A DNA stretch of 64,000 nucleotides from Chthoniobacter sp. (GCA_031424395.1 JANPHJ010000096.1:969-64968), one strand, 5' to 3'; shown: positions 18,855-28,140, numbered from the stretch's first letter. Made by a program: numbers and translations. The notes: generated from the sequence alone by a model not told the origin.

Positions 18855-19871
18855 ATGAAACTCGCCACCCTCCTCCTCGCCGCCGCCCTCGCCGCTCCCC
18901 TCGCCCGCGCCGCGCAGTCGCCGGATGAAGCGGCCCGTTTTCTCGCCGGGCTGCCGGTGCGCGACTCCGCCCTCGCGGCGCTCGAAACGCAGTCCGCGTG
19001 GACCGCGCACGCCGCCAGCCTGGACCGCTCGTGGACGCGCATGAACCAGCGCCAGCTCGTGAAAGTGCGCGCCTGGGCCGCGGCCATCATCCCGGAGGCG
19101 AACCGCAGCACGGCGGCGGTTTTCTACTTTTTCAGCGGGCCGGACTTCCTCTACGCGCAGACTTTTTTCCCGAACTCCGCCGACTACATCCTCTGCGGCA
19201 CCGAGCCCGTGGGCACCGTGCCCGACATGGCGCAGATGCCGCCCGCCGCGCTGGACGCCGATCTCGAAAACCTGCGCCACTCGCTCGAGACGATGCTGAC
19301 CACGCATTACTTCATCACCAAAGATATGCGCGTGGACCTCACCCGCGGGCAGGTCGGCGGCACGCTGCCCATTCTCTACGTCTTCCTCGCGCGCACCGGC
19401 TGCACCATCCGTGGCGTGACCGTGGGCGCGGGCAGCGTGCAGATCGACTTCACCGGCCCGGGGGGCCAGCGGCAGACGCTGCACTATTTCAAAACCGACC
19501 TCTCGAACGGCGGCGGCAACACGGCCTTTCTCGCTTTTTGCAAAAAGCACGCTCCCGGCCTGAGCCTGGTGAAATCCGCGAGCTATCTCATGCACGGCGA
19601 CGGCTTCGCGACGGCGCGCAATTTCCTCCTCGCGAACAGCAGCGTCATCATCCAGGACGACTCGGGCATCCCGCTGCGCGCCTTTGATCCGCGGCGCTGG
19701 ACGCTGCGCTTCTGCGGCAATTACGAAGGGTCCATCGAGCTGTTCAAAGAGCACTACCAGCCCGACCTCGCCGCCGCCTATCAGCGCAGCAATCCGGCGG
19801 CTCTCGGCTTCGCCTTTGGCTACGCGTGGCAGCCGGCCAAAGGTGCACTCTTGGTGGCCACGCCGCGATAA
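18855..19871 (+). CDS. secreted protein of unknown function (paralogue 2)
   Basis: Signal peptide MKLATLLLAAALAAPLARA. Shares blocks with 17762..18826: ARFLAGLPVR, FSGPD.LYAQ.FFPN, GTLPILYVFLAR, LVK.ASYLMH, DDSGIP.R.F. Confidence 0.65.
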   Translation: MKLATLLLAAALAAPLARAAQSPDEAARFLAGLPVRDSALAALETQSAWTAHAASLDRSWTRMNQRQLVKVRAWAAAIIPEANRSTAAVFYFFSGPDFLYAQTFFPNSADYILCGTEPVGTVPDMAQMPPAALDADLENLRHSLETMLTTHYFITKDMRVDLTRGQVGGTLPILYVFLARTGCTIRGVTVGAGSVQIDFTGPGGQRQTLHYFKTDLSNGGGNTAFLAFCKKHAPGLSLVKSASYLMHGDGFATARNFLLANSSVIIQDDSGIPLRAFDPRRWTLRFCGNYEGSIELFKEHYQPDLAAAYQRSNPAALGFAFGYAWQPAKGALLVATPR

Positions 19872-19888
19872 AAAGCACGGGTGACGGA

Positions 19889-19912
19889 GGGGCGGAAAAA
19901 TTTTCCCGCCCG
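19889..19912 (+). terminator. candidate stem-loop downstream of paralogue 2
   Basis: GGGCGGAAAAATTTTCCCGCCC forms an imperfect hairpin 18 nt after the stop. There is no clear U-tract. Confidence 0.3.
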
Positions 19913-20055
19913 GGTTAGCGAGGAAGTAATCGCTGCCGCAGGCGATAAAATGATTGTCGTGAGGCAAAAGCTGGAATAAAAAGGCCCGCGCGTGAAATCC
20001 TACGGTTTCGGTGCTTCTCCCCAAACTTCCACGTCAGACCCTCATTATTTCGCTG

Positions 20056-23000
20056 ATGAAGATCGCTCCGTGCCATGCGCTCGCCCTGCTCCTAGCCGGG
20101 ATCTCGCTCGCCCGCGCGCAGGACGGAGCCACCCGCGTCATCGCCCGCACCGGCACGCCCGCGCCCGCGACGCTGAGCGGGAGTTTCACCATCTTTAGTG
20201 ATCCCGTGCTTAACGGCAGCGGTGTTGTCGCGTTTTTTGCCCATACCCTGACCGACGAGGCGGTCTTCGAGACTTCCGGCAATACTCTGCTGACCGTCGC
20301 CACCAGCCTGCAAGCCGCGCCGGGCATTCTCGGCACCATGCGGAACTTTTCCGCGCCGATCCTTAATGAAAATGGGGTGGTCGCTTTTTCCGCGCAGAAC
20401 TCGAGCCTGAACACCGGCATTTACACCGGGTCGGGGGGCGGGCTCACGACCATAGCCGTCACCACGGTAGCGGCTCCGGGGTTGAGCGGGGTCGTTTCCG
20501 GCTTTTCCACGAATATCGCACTCAGCGATAACGGCACCGTAGCCTTCAGCGAGACTACGACTGCCGGCGTTGGCGAATATCTTGGCTCAGGGGGAACCCC
20601 GACGGCGACGGCGACGACTTTGCAGGTCGCACCCGGAACCACCGGACTGTTTGCCTCGCTGGCGGCCCCCGTGCTGAACAACTCCGGCACCTCGGCTTTT
20701 GTCGCGACGAATGCCGCCAGCATTCAGGGCATCTTCACGGCCTTTGGCAACACCCTCACCAGCGTGGTCACCACCCAGCAGACCGCCCCGGAAATCGGCG
20801 GCACCTTCACCACCTTCACCCTCAACCCCTCAATCAATGACAGCGGCTCGGTCGCCTTTCTCGGCATCGCCGGCACCGGCCGCGGGGTTTTCGCCCGGCT
20901 GAGCGGCGTGCTCACAGCCATCGCCTCCACCGCGCGCCTGGCGCCGGGGCTCAGCGGCAATTTCACTACCTTCAGCGATCCGGCGATCAGCAATTCCGGC
21001 AGCGTGGCCTTTCGCGGCCAAGCCTCCAACGGCCAAGGCATCTACCTCGGCACCGGCGGCGCCACGCTCCAGACCGTCGCCCGCACCGGGCTGGCCGCAC
21101 CGGGGCTCGGCGGCGTTTTTTCCACCTTTGGCAAACCGACCATCAATGATCTCGGGACCAGTGCTTTTCTCGGCTCCACCAGCAGCGGCAGCGGCCTCTA
21201 TCTCGGCGACGGCCAGCAGCTCGTGACCGTGGCTTTCACCGGCCAGAGCCTCTCCGGCAGCACCATCAGCAGCCTCACCTTTAGCGGCGGGAGCGACCGC
21301 GGCGGCAACGCGCAGTTCAACAACAACGGCCAGTTTGCCTACAAGGCGGCCCTCGCCAACGGGGCTACGAGCATCCAGCTTTTCACCCCCACCCTGCACA
21401 TCCGCAGCGGCGTCAGCGGACTGTGGGCCACGCGCTCGGGCTGGACCCTCGGCATCCTGCCTGCCGCCGTGCATGATGTGGTCATCGACCCCGCCGCGGC
21501 GCTCACCATCACCGGCCCGATGATGCCCACGACGGTCAAAAGCCTCGCCATCACCGGCTCCGGCGCGAATGTCTCCGAGCTGACCCTGCAAAACACGGGA
21601 ACGATCACCGCCACCGGCGGCGCGAGCACCGGCGTCGCCGGCCGGCTCGGCGGCAGCGGCCGGCTCGTGGCCAGCCTCAGCAGCGCCGGCACCATTGCCC
21701 CCGGTGCCGGCGCGGCCACAGGCTCCATCAGCATCACGGGAAATGTGACCCTGCAGAGCACGGCGCACCTGGCCTTGGATCTCGGCGGGCTCATGCGAAA
21801 GACCGGCTACGACTACCTCGGCGTCACCGGCCAGCTCACCCTTGGCGGCGCGCTGGATGTCGCGCTCCTCGGCGGCTTCAGCCCGCTGCCGGGCAGCAGT
21901 TTCGACCTCTTCGACGCCACCACCGTCAGCGGCGCGTTTGGCTCCATCCATCTGCCCGTGCTGGCCGGCGGCCTCACTTGGAATACCGCACTGCTGCCGA
22001 CTACTGGCGTCATCAGCGTCGCGGGGCTCACCCTCGCCCCGACCACCTACACCCTCGCCGCCGCAGCCAGCGCCCCAGTCATCCACCGCGGCGGGTCCTC
22101 CACCATCACCGCCACCATCACTAATACAGGTGCAACCGGCACCGATACGCTCAACTACAGCGGGCTCAATGTCACCGCTTCGCCTGCGGGAGCGACGGTC
22201 AGCGGCGTGACCCTCACGCTGTCCAACTCCGCCCTCGCCAACGGCAACACCGCGCAATCCGGCACCGCGGTTTTTACCAGCAACACCGCCGGCACCTACA
22301 CCCTCACCCCGGTCGTGGCCTCCGCCCTCAATGGCAGCGTCGGCGGCGCGGCGACCAGCGGCGGCGCGACCGCCACGACCGTCGTCGTCTTTTCCGGCGC
22401 AGGCCGGTGGACGGGCACCAGCACCGGCTCCTGGGGCAGCGGCGCGAGCGCCAACTGGAGCGACACCGCCCTCCCCTCCATCCATGCCGCGCCCGGCAGC
22501 TTCGGCGGATTCGCCGCGCTCGACAGCGCTGTCTTCGACGGCACCGGCGGCGGCGCGACCGTGACGCTCGACGGCGGCTCGCCCAATCTCGCCGCGCTCA
22601 CTTTCTCCGGCGGCAGCCACACCCTCGCCCGCGGCACCGGCAGCGGCACCGTCATCCTCAATGGCGGAGCCGGCCCCGCCACCGTGACCGCCAGCGCTGG
22701 CAGCCACACCATCAGCGCACCCGTGCAGCTCGACAGCGCCGCCGCCGCCGCGGTGACCAGCGCCGCCAGCACTCTCACCCTCTCCGGCGCGATCAATGGC
22801 GCGGGCCGCGGGCTGACCAAAACCGGCGCGGGCACGCTCATCCTCGCCGGTATCCAAAATTACGCCGGACTCGACACTAACGGCGGCACCACCCGGGTGA
22901 CCGGCTCCTTCACCAGTGGCACCGCCGTCGTGCATGCGAATGCGACGACGAAATTTGAGGCCAGCCAGACCTTGGGTGCGCTCTTCATTGCCGCCGGCGT

Positions 23001-23145
23001 CGAGGTGACTTTCGGCGATGGTGCGGGCGCGGGCTTTGCCGAGCCTTCGGTGAAAGTGGAAGGCTTCGCCGTGCCCGAGCCCGGCGCCGCCGGCCTGCTG
23101 CTCACCGGTGCGCTCGGCCTCCTCGCCCGCCGCCGCCGCGCCTAG
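20056..23145 (+). CDS. PEP-CTERM-anchored surface protein with NxxGxxAF tandem repeats and autotransporter-associated beta-strand repeats
   Basis: Signal peptide MKIAPCHALALLLAGISLARA. At least 7 repeats of the form P.(L/I)N..G..AF. The segment LTKTGAGTLILAG is typical of autotransporter-associated beta-strand repeats. The C-terminal VPEPGAAGLLLTGALGLLARRRRA is a PEP-CTERM sorting signal. Confidence 0.8.
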   Translation: MKIAPCHALALLLAGISLARAQDGATRVIARTGTPAPATLSGSFTIFSDPVLNGSGVVAFFAHTLTDEAVFETSGNTLLTVATSLQAAPGILGTMRNFSAPILNENGVVAFSAQNSSLNTGIYTGSGGGLTTIAVTTVAAPGLSGVVSGFSTNIALSDNGTVAFSETTTAGVGEYLGSGGTPTATATTLQVAPGTTGLFASLAAPVLNNSGTSAFVATNAASIQGIFTAFGNTLTSVVTTQQTAPEIGGTFTTFTLNPSINDSGSVAFLGIAGTGRGVFARLSGVLTAIASTARLAPGLSGNFTTFSDPAISNSGSVAFRGQASNGQGIYLGTGGATLQTVARTGLAAPGLGGVFSTFGKPTINDLGTSAFLGSTSSGSGLYLGDGQQLVTVAFTGQSLSGSTISSLTFSGGSDRGGNAQFNNNGQFAYKAALANGATSIQLFTPTLHIRSGVSGLWATRSGWTLGILPAAVHDVVIDPAAALTITGPMMPTTVKSLAITGSGANVSELTLQNTGTITATGGASTGVAGRLGGSGRLVASLSSAGTIAPGAGAATGSISITGNVTLQSTAHLALDLGGLMRKTGYDYLGVTGQLTLGGALDVALLGGFSPLPGSSFDLFDATTVSGAFGSIHLPVLAGGLTWNTALLPTTGVISVAGLTLAPTTYTLAAAASAPVIHRGGSSTITATITNTGATGTDTLNYSGLNVTASPAGATVSGVTLTLSNSALANGNTAQSGTAVFTSNTAGTYTLTPVVASALNGSVGGAATSGGATATTVVVFSGAGRWTGTSTGSWGSGASANWSDTALPSIHAAPGSFGGFAALDSAVFDGTGGGATVTLDGGSPNLAALTFSGGSHTLARGTGSGTVILNGGAGPATVTASAGSHTISAPVQLDSAAAAAVTSAASTLTLSGAINGAGRGLTKTGAGTLILAGIQNYAGLDTNGGTTRVTGSFTSGTAVVHANATTKFEASQTLGALFIAAGVEVTFGDGAGAGFAEPSVKVEGFAVPEPGAAGLLLTGALGLLARRRRA

Positions 23146-24164
23146 CGGCCGAGCAGCAGGCGGAGAAACTGCCCGTCGGAAAACTTCGCATCCTCGCCCT
23201 GCCGGACGACGACCAGCTCCAGCGACGGAATCGCCAGCAGCCGCTGATAGCCCGAGCCCACGCACGCCACCAGGTCGGCAGGCGCGGCGCGGCAGAGGCA
23301 GGTGTTGCGCCAGTCCTGCTGCGGCCATTTCTTTTCAAGCATGTCCTCGAGGTCGAATTCCCGCGCCCCGTCCGCACCGGCCCGCCGGTTATTCCAAAAG
23401 CCCAGCGCAAACGCCCGGTTCGCCGCCGAGCCGCGCAGGCTCGGCGCGAAAGTGCGCGGCGAAACCACCGGCGCACCCTCGTGCAGCAGCAGCGTCCCCA
23501 TGCTCGACCACTGCCGCGCCGTCAGCACAAAGCCCGACGCCAGCAGCGGCTGGCCCGCGCGGTCCCGCTTGTAATTCTGCGGCCCGAAGCCCAGCGGGCG
23601 CAGAACTTTTCGCTCCAGAAAATGCACCGGCGTCTCGCCACGCGCCGCCAGCCGCCGCCGCAGCAGCTCATGGAAAACCTGCAGCGAACACGGCCCGTAA
23701 ATGAACGCCCCGCCCGCCGCCGCCACCTGCGGCACGCGCAGCGCCACCGCCGCGCGATCCGCCACCTCCGTGCGGTGCAGGCTGTTCTCCGCGTCCAGCC
23801 CGCTCGTAAAATCCAGCAATTGCCGAATCGTGATCCGCCCCCGGCCTTCGTCGCCGCGCCATTCCGTGATCGTCTCCACCGCGCGCTCATCCAGCGCGAT
23901 GATCCCCTCCTCCTCCGCCGCCAGCGCCGCCAGATTCCAAAACGCCTTCGTGCCTGAATAGATTTTGTGCGCCTCCCCCGCCGCGTGCCCGTTTGGATAA
24001 TCCTCGAAAATCGTCCGCCCATGCTGGATCACCAGCAGCGCCGTCCCCCGCCGCGCCGCCGAATACTCCGCCGCCGCCCGCAGATTTTCCGCCGGCAAAT
24101 CAGCCGCGCGCGCCGCGCCCGCCAGCACGCTGAGCAGCGCCAGAAAAAGCTCGCGAACCTTCAT
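23142..24164 (-). CDS. beta-lactamase-family serine hydrolase (secreted)
   Basis: Signal peptide MKVRELFLALLSVLAGAARA. SxxK motif SGTKAF. Its ATG overlaps the trpA stop (ATGA). Confidence 0.8.
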   Translation of the reverse strand: MKVRELFLALLSVLAGAARAADLPAENLRAAAEYSAARRGTALLVIQHGRTIFEDYPNGHAAGEAHKIYSGTKAFWNLAALAAEEEGIIALDERAVETITEWRGDEGRGRITIRQLLDFTSGLDAENSLHRTEVADRAAVALRVPQVAAAGGAFIYGPCSLQVFHELLRRRLAARGETPVHFLERKVLRPLGFGPQNYKRDRAGQPLLASGFVLTARQWSSMGTLLLHEGAPVVSPRTFAPSLRGSAANRAFALGFWNNRRAGADGAREFDLEDMLEKKWPQQDWRNTCLCRAAPADLVACVGSGYQRLLAIPSLELVVVRQGEDAKFSDGQFLRLLLGR

Positions 24165-24961
24165 CCCCTCGCCGCATCCGCCAGCGGTCGCACAAAAGCC
24201 GCCAGCTTCGCCACCAGCTCCGCGTCTTGCCCAAACTCCGCGATCTGTTTCACGATCGCGCTTCCTACCACCACTGCATCCGCGTGCTGCGCCACCTGCC
24301 GCACCTGCTCCGGCGTGGAAATGCCAAACCCCACCGCAATCGGCAGCGCCGTCGTTTGGCGGATCTCCGCGACGCGCTCGGCCAGGGAATCCGCCACCTC
24401 CGCGCGCTCGCCAGTCACGCCTTCGCGCGAGACGTAATACACAAACCCGCTCGCGCCCGCCGTGAGCTGCGCGATGCGCGCCGGCGGCGTCGTCGGCGCG
24501 ATGAGGCGGATGCGTTTCAAGCCCGTGTGCTGCGACAGCTCCGCGTTTTGCGCATCCTCGTCCGGCGGCAGATCGAGGATCAGCAGCCCGTCCACGCCCG
24601 CCGCTTCCGCCGCGCGATGAAACGCCTCGAAGCCGTAGCGGTAGATCGGATTCATGTAGGTGTAGAGCACGATGGGGAGCTGCGACTGCGCGCGAATCGC
24701 CCGCACACCGTCGAGCACGCCATGCACCGTCGTCCCCGACGCCAGCGCCCGCGTGGCCGCGAGCTGATTGACCACGCCATCCGCCAGCGGATCGGAGAAA
24801 GGGACGCCGAGTTCGAGAATATCGACCCCGGCTTTTTCAAACGCCCAGGCCAGTTCGCAGGTCGCGTCGAGACTGGGATCGCCCGCGGCGATGTAGGCGA
24901 TGAGCGCCTTTTTTCCCGCAGCGCGGAGGTCGGCGAATTTCTGGTCGATTCGGTTGGGCAT
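24161..24961 (-). CDS. trpA: tryptophan synthase alpha chain
   Basis: MPNRIDQKFADLRAAGKKALIAYI.AGDP, ILELGVPFSDPLADG and GFGIS motifs. I chose the start at 24961, because the track ORF start at 25117 reads through a repeat element. Confidence 0.9.
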   Translation of the reverse strand: MPNRIDQKFADLRAAGKKALIAYIAAGDPSLDATCELAWAFEKAGVDILELGVPFSDPLADGVVNQLAATRALASGTTVHGVLDGVRAIRAQSQLPIVLYTYMNPIYRYGFEAFHRAAEAAGVDGLLILDLPPDEDAQNAELSQHTGLKRIRLIAPTTPPARIAQLTAGASGFVYYVSREGVTGERAEVADSLAERVAEIRQTTALPIAVGFGISTPEQVRQVAQHADAVVVGSAIVKQIAEFGQDAELVAKLAAFVRPLADAARG

Positions 24962-24982
24962 AAAAATGGGAGCGGAGTTTTT

Positions 24983-25071
24983 GGACGGGATTAACGGGAT
25001 GAACAGGATTTTTTGGCGAAATGCGCGAAGCTCGGCCTTCCTCAATCCCGTCCATCCCGTTAATCCCGTCC
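24983..25071. repeat. hairpin repeat element A (28-nt arms built from ACGGGATNN units, 33-nt loop)
   Basis: GGACGGGATTAACGGGATGAACAGGATT (24983-25010) is the reverse complement of 25044-25071 with 2 mismatches. Lies in the trpA/queE divergent spacer. Confidence 0.8.
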
Positions 25072-25076
25072 AAGAA

Positions 25077-25745
25077 ATGTCCGTCGCCATCGCCAAGCAG
25101 CCCACGCTGAAGATCAACGAAATCTACCAGTCCGTGCAGGGCGAGAGTTCGTGGGCGGGCTGGCGCTGCGTCTTCGTGCGCCTCACCGCGTGCGACCTGC
25201 GCTGCACCTACTGCGACACCGAGTACGCCTTTTACGAAGGCAAAAAGCGCGCCGTCGCCGACGTGCTCGCCGAGGTGCTGGCGCTCGACTGTCCGCTCGT
25301 CGAGATCACCGGCGGCGAGCCGCTTTTGCAAAAGAACGTCCACCCGCTGATGACCGCGCTTTGCGACGCCGGGCGCACCGTGCTCATCGAGACCAGCGGC
25401 GCGCACGACATCTCGGTGATCGACCCGCGCGTCCGTCGCATCATGGATTTGAAAACGCCCGGCAGCGGCGAGGTAGCGCGCAACCTGTGGTCGAACATTC
25501 CGCACCTGGCGAAACGCGATGAGGTGAAATTCGTCATCGGCACGCGCGAAGATTACGAATGGTCGCGCGCGCAGGTCCGCACCCACGACCTCGCCACCCG
25601 CTGCGGCGGCGTGCTGTTTTCGCCGATCTTCGGCCGCATCGAGCCGCGCGACATCGTTGCGTGGATTTTGGAAGACAAGCTGCCCGTCCGGTTCCAGCTC
25701 CAGATGCACAAGTTCATTTGGGATCCGAAAAAGAAGGGCGTTTGA
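25077..25745 (+). CDS. queE: 7-carboxy-7-deazaguanine synthase (radical SAM)
   Basis: INEIYQSVQGES.WAG..CVFVRLT.CDLRC.YCDT is the QueE N-terminal signature with the radical-SAM cysteine cluster. Confidence 0.9.
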   Translation: MSVAIAKQPTLKINEIYQSVQGESSWAGWRCVFVRLTACDLRCTYCDTEYAFYEGKKRAVADVLAEVLALDCPLVEITGGEPLLQKNVHPLMTALCDAGRTVLIETSGAHDISVIDPRVRRIMDLKTPGSGEVARNLWSNIPHLAKRDEVKFVIGTREDYEWSRAQVRTHDLATRCGGVLFSPIFGRIEPRDIVAWILEDKLPVRFQLQMHKFIWDPKKKGV

Positions 25746-25750
25746 ATTTC

Positions 25751-25835
25751 ACCGCAGAGGCGCAGCGAGCGCGGAGGTGCGCAGAGGAGGAAAACGCCCG
25801 CTCATTTTGCTCTGCGTCCTTTGCGCCTCTGCGGT
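25751..25835. repeat. hairpin repeat element B (CTCTGCG-type units)
   Basis: ACCGCAGAGGCGCAGCGAGCGCGGAG ... CTCTGCGTCCTTTGCGCCTCTGCGGT is an imperfect inverted repeat that fills the queE-queD spacer. Confidence 0.7.
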
Positions 25836-25849
25836 AAAAGAGCCGCCTT

Positions 25850-26212
25850 ATGCGAGTCCGCCTCACCAAAGATTTCACCTTCGAAGCCGCCCAGACCCTG
25901 CCTTTTGCGCCCGAGGGCCACAAGTGCCGGCAGATGCACGGCCACAGTTTCAAAGTGGAGATTTCCGTCGAAGGCGAAACTGATCCGGCGACCGGCTGGT
26001 TTTACGACCACGCCGTCATCGGCCGCGCGATGAGGCCCATCGTCGAGCAGCTCGATCATTCCTATCTCAACGAAATCGCCGGGCTCGAAAACCCGACCAT
26101 CGAAAACATGGCGGCGTGGTTCTGGCAGAAGCTCGCGCCGCAGTGCCCCGGCCTCGCTGAGATCGTCATTCACGAGACGCCCACCGCGCGGTGCAGCTAT
26201 CGCGGCGCGTGA
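25850..26212 (+). CDS. queD: 6-carboxy-5,6,7,8-tetrahydropterin synthase
   Basis: 120 aa. The C..MHGHSF.VE motif and DHSYLNE are typical of QueD/PTPS-III. Confidence 0.9.
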   Translation: MRVRLTKDFTFEAAQTLPFAPEGHKCRQMHGHSFKVEISVEGETDPATGWFYDHAVIGRAMRPIVEQLDHSYLNEIAGLENPTIENMAAWFWQKLAPQCPGLAEIVIHETPTARCSYRGA

Positions 26213-26268
26213 CGCCCGCACCTTTTCGCTAGCCACGCGAGGCGCGGCGGCTAGCCTCCGGCGCTCTT

Positions 26269-26505
26269 ATGAAATGGTTTTCCATCCTCGCCGTCTGCGC
26301 CCTCGCCGTCTTCGCCACGGCCTGTGAAAAACACCCCGCCTCCGAACTGCCGCAGGAGCATGCGGCGGGCGGTCATCACGCGGACACGAAGGGCGAGGCC
26401 AAGGCTGCGGAGCAGCCGGCCGAAGCTGCGAAGCCGGCAACGGCCAAGCCCGAGGCCGAGGCCAAGCCCGGCGAGGCGCCAAAGTTTTTCCCGGAAAACA
26501 AGTAG
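26269..26505 (+). CDS. small lipoprotein with an A/E/K/P-rich tail
   Basis: MKWFSILAVCALAVFATAC is a lipobox. The rest is low complexity. Coding-like GC3. Confidence 0.5.
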   Translation: MKWFSILAVCALAVFATACEKHPASELPQEHAAGGHHADTKGEAKAAEQPAEAAKPATAKPEAEAKPGEAPKFFPENK

Positions 26506-26514
26506 CCGCCGGCG

Positions 26515-26910
26515 ATGAGCGAACGCCCGACCGCACCGCCGACCGCGCGCGGGCGGCTGGCGCGAAGCTTCGGCTACGCCTTGCGCGGCATCGGCATCCT
26601 GCTCCGTATGCAGGCGAATGCGCGCCTCCACGCCCTCGCCACGCTGCTCGCTGTCGGGGCGGGATTCTGGTTCGGCATTTCGGGCGGCGAGTGGTGCGCA
26701 GTCATCGCCGCCATCGGGCTCGTCTGGACGGCGGAGGGCCTGAACACCGCGCTCGAAACCGTGGTCGATCTCGTCTCACCCGAGCAGCATCCGCTCGCCG
26801 GCCGCGCCAAGGATGTCGCCGCCGGCGCGGTGCTCTGTGCGGCGCTCGCGGCATTCCTCATCGGCGTGCTGATCTTCGGCCCGCGCGTGTGGGCGTCAGT
26901 GGCGAAATGA
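26515..26910 (+). CDS. dgkA: diacylglycerol kinase family protein
   Basis: 131 aa with three TM segments. EGLNTALETVVDLVSPE matches the DgkA E.(L/M)NTAIE motif. Confidence 0.8.
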   Translation: MSERPTAPPTARGRLARSFGYALRGIGILLRMQANARLHALATLLAVGAGFWFGISGGEWCAVIAAIGLVWTAEGLNTALETVVDLVSPEQHPLAGRAKDVAAGAVLCAALAAFLIGVLIFGPRVWASVAK

Positions 26911-26940
26911 GCGGGAGCGCAGCTTTCAAAGCGACGGCCC

Positions 26941-26966
26941 CTCTGCGCTCTCTGCGCCTCTGCGGT
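26941..26966. repeat. solo/half copy of repeat B family
   Basis: CTCTGCGCTCTCTGCGCCTCTGCGGT shares TGCGCCTCTGCGGT with 25822-25835. Lies between the convergent genes dgkA and hemW. Confidence 0.6.
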
Positions 26967-26968
26967 TT

Positions 26969-28072
26969 TCAAACAAACGCTTCCGCCACGGAATCCGCCA
27001 TCATCTTCCCCCGGCGCGTGAGCACGACGCGGTCGCCACGGCTTTCCAAAAAACCGAGCGCCGCAAACTCTTCCATCACCCCCGGCCAACGTGCGAGGTC
27101 GCGGGCGGCGATGCCTTCGCGCGTGCGGACGGCGAAGGCGGCGATCTCGCCCGCGCGCGTGGCGGGCGACAGCTCCTCGGTGAAATGCTCGACGCTCTCG
27201 CCAGCGAGGATGCGGCGGGTGTACTCGGCGGTGTCGGGGATCGCCTGCCAGCGGCGGAGGCCCACGGTGGAGAAGGCGCTCGGGCCGAAGCCGAGGTAGT
27301 CCGCGCCGCGCCAGTAGGCGAAGTTGTGGACGGATTCGCGGCCGGGGCGGGCGTAGTTGGAGATCTCGTATTGCGCGAAACCGGCGGCGGGGAGCGCGTC
27401 CATCGCCATCTCGAAAAGGGTGGCGTCGCGCTCGTCGTCCTGGCGGAAAGTGCCGAGCTGGAGCTGGCGGAAATAGGCGGTGTCCTCCTCGTAGGTGAGG
27501 CAGTACGACGAGACGTGCTCGGGCCGGAGCGCGACCGTTTTCGCCAGCGTCGAATCCCACTGCGCGAGCGACTGGCCCGGTACGGCAAACATCAAGTCGA
27601 GGTTGATGTTGTCGAAACCCGCGTCGCGCAATGTCGCGAACGTCTCCTCCGCCTGCGCCGCGTCATGCACACGGCCGAGCGTTTTCAGCAGCCCGTCGTC
27701 CCACGATTGCACGCCGAGGCTGATCCGCGTCACGCCCGCACCTTTCAAAAGCCGCGCCTTTTCCGCGCGCACCGTGGCGGGATTCACCTCGAAGGTCCAC
27801 TCCGTCAGCCCGCGCAAATCCAGTCGCGCCCGCAGCCCGCCGAGCAAGTATTCAAGCTGCTCCACGGTGAGCGCGCTCGGCGTGCCGCCGCCGAAATAGA
27901 TCGTCTGCGGGCGCAACTCGAACCGCCGCCCTGCGTCATCGACTTCCCGCAAGAGCGCATCGAGAAACGCGGTCGTCTTATTTTTCGCCCCCGTCTCGAC
28001 GTAGAAGCTGCAATACGGGCAGAGCTTCGGACAGAACGGGATGTGGAAATAGAGATGGCGGACCGGGGACAA
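26969..28072 (-). CDS. hemW: radical SAM heme chaperone HemW (coproporphyrinogen III oxidase-like)
   Basis: HLYFHIPFCPKLCPYCSFY is the CxxxCxxC radical-SAM motif in the HemW/HemN context. TTG start. Confidence 0.85.
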   Translation of the reverse strand: MSPVRHLYFHIPFCPKLCPYCSFYVETGAKNKTTAFLDALLREVDDAGRRFELRPQTIYFGGGTPSALTVEQLEYLLGGLRARLDLRGLTEWTFEVNPATVRAEKARLLKGAGVTRISLGVQSWDDGLLKTLGRVHDAAQAEETFATLRDAGFDNINLDLMFAVPGQSLAQWDSTLAKTVALRPEHVSSYCLTYEEDTAYFRQLQLGTFRQDDERDATLFEMAMDALPAAGFAQYEISNYARPGRESVHNFAYWRGADYLGFGPSAFSTVGLRRWQAIPDTAEYTRRILAGESVEHFTEELSPATRAGEIAAFAVRTREGIAARDLARWPGVMEEFAALGFLESRGDRVVLTRRGKMMADSVAEAFV

Positions 28073-28137
28073 GTGAAAGTGAAGGTGGAGATTGAAACGG
28101 AACGCAGCCGTGCGCGACTTTCCACGGTCACTTTGCC
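28073..28137. repeat. hairpin repeat element D (GTGAAAG/GTGGAAA-type heptamers)
   Basis: GTGAAAGTGAAGGTGGAG ... CTTTCCACGGTCACTTTGCC is an imperfect inverted repeat. It occupies essentially the whole actP-stop to hemW-start spacer. Confidence 0.6.
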
Positions 28138-28140
28138 CTG

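Noticed and set aside
24962-25076. A preQ1 riboswitch upstream of queE.
   Set aside because: The spacer is almost entirely occupied by hairpin repeat A. I do not recognise the compact preQ1 aptamer consensus. Confirmation needs a covariance-model scan.
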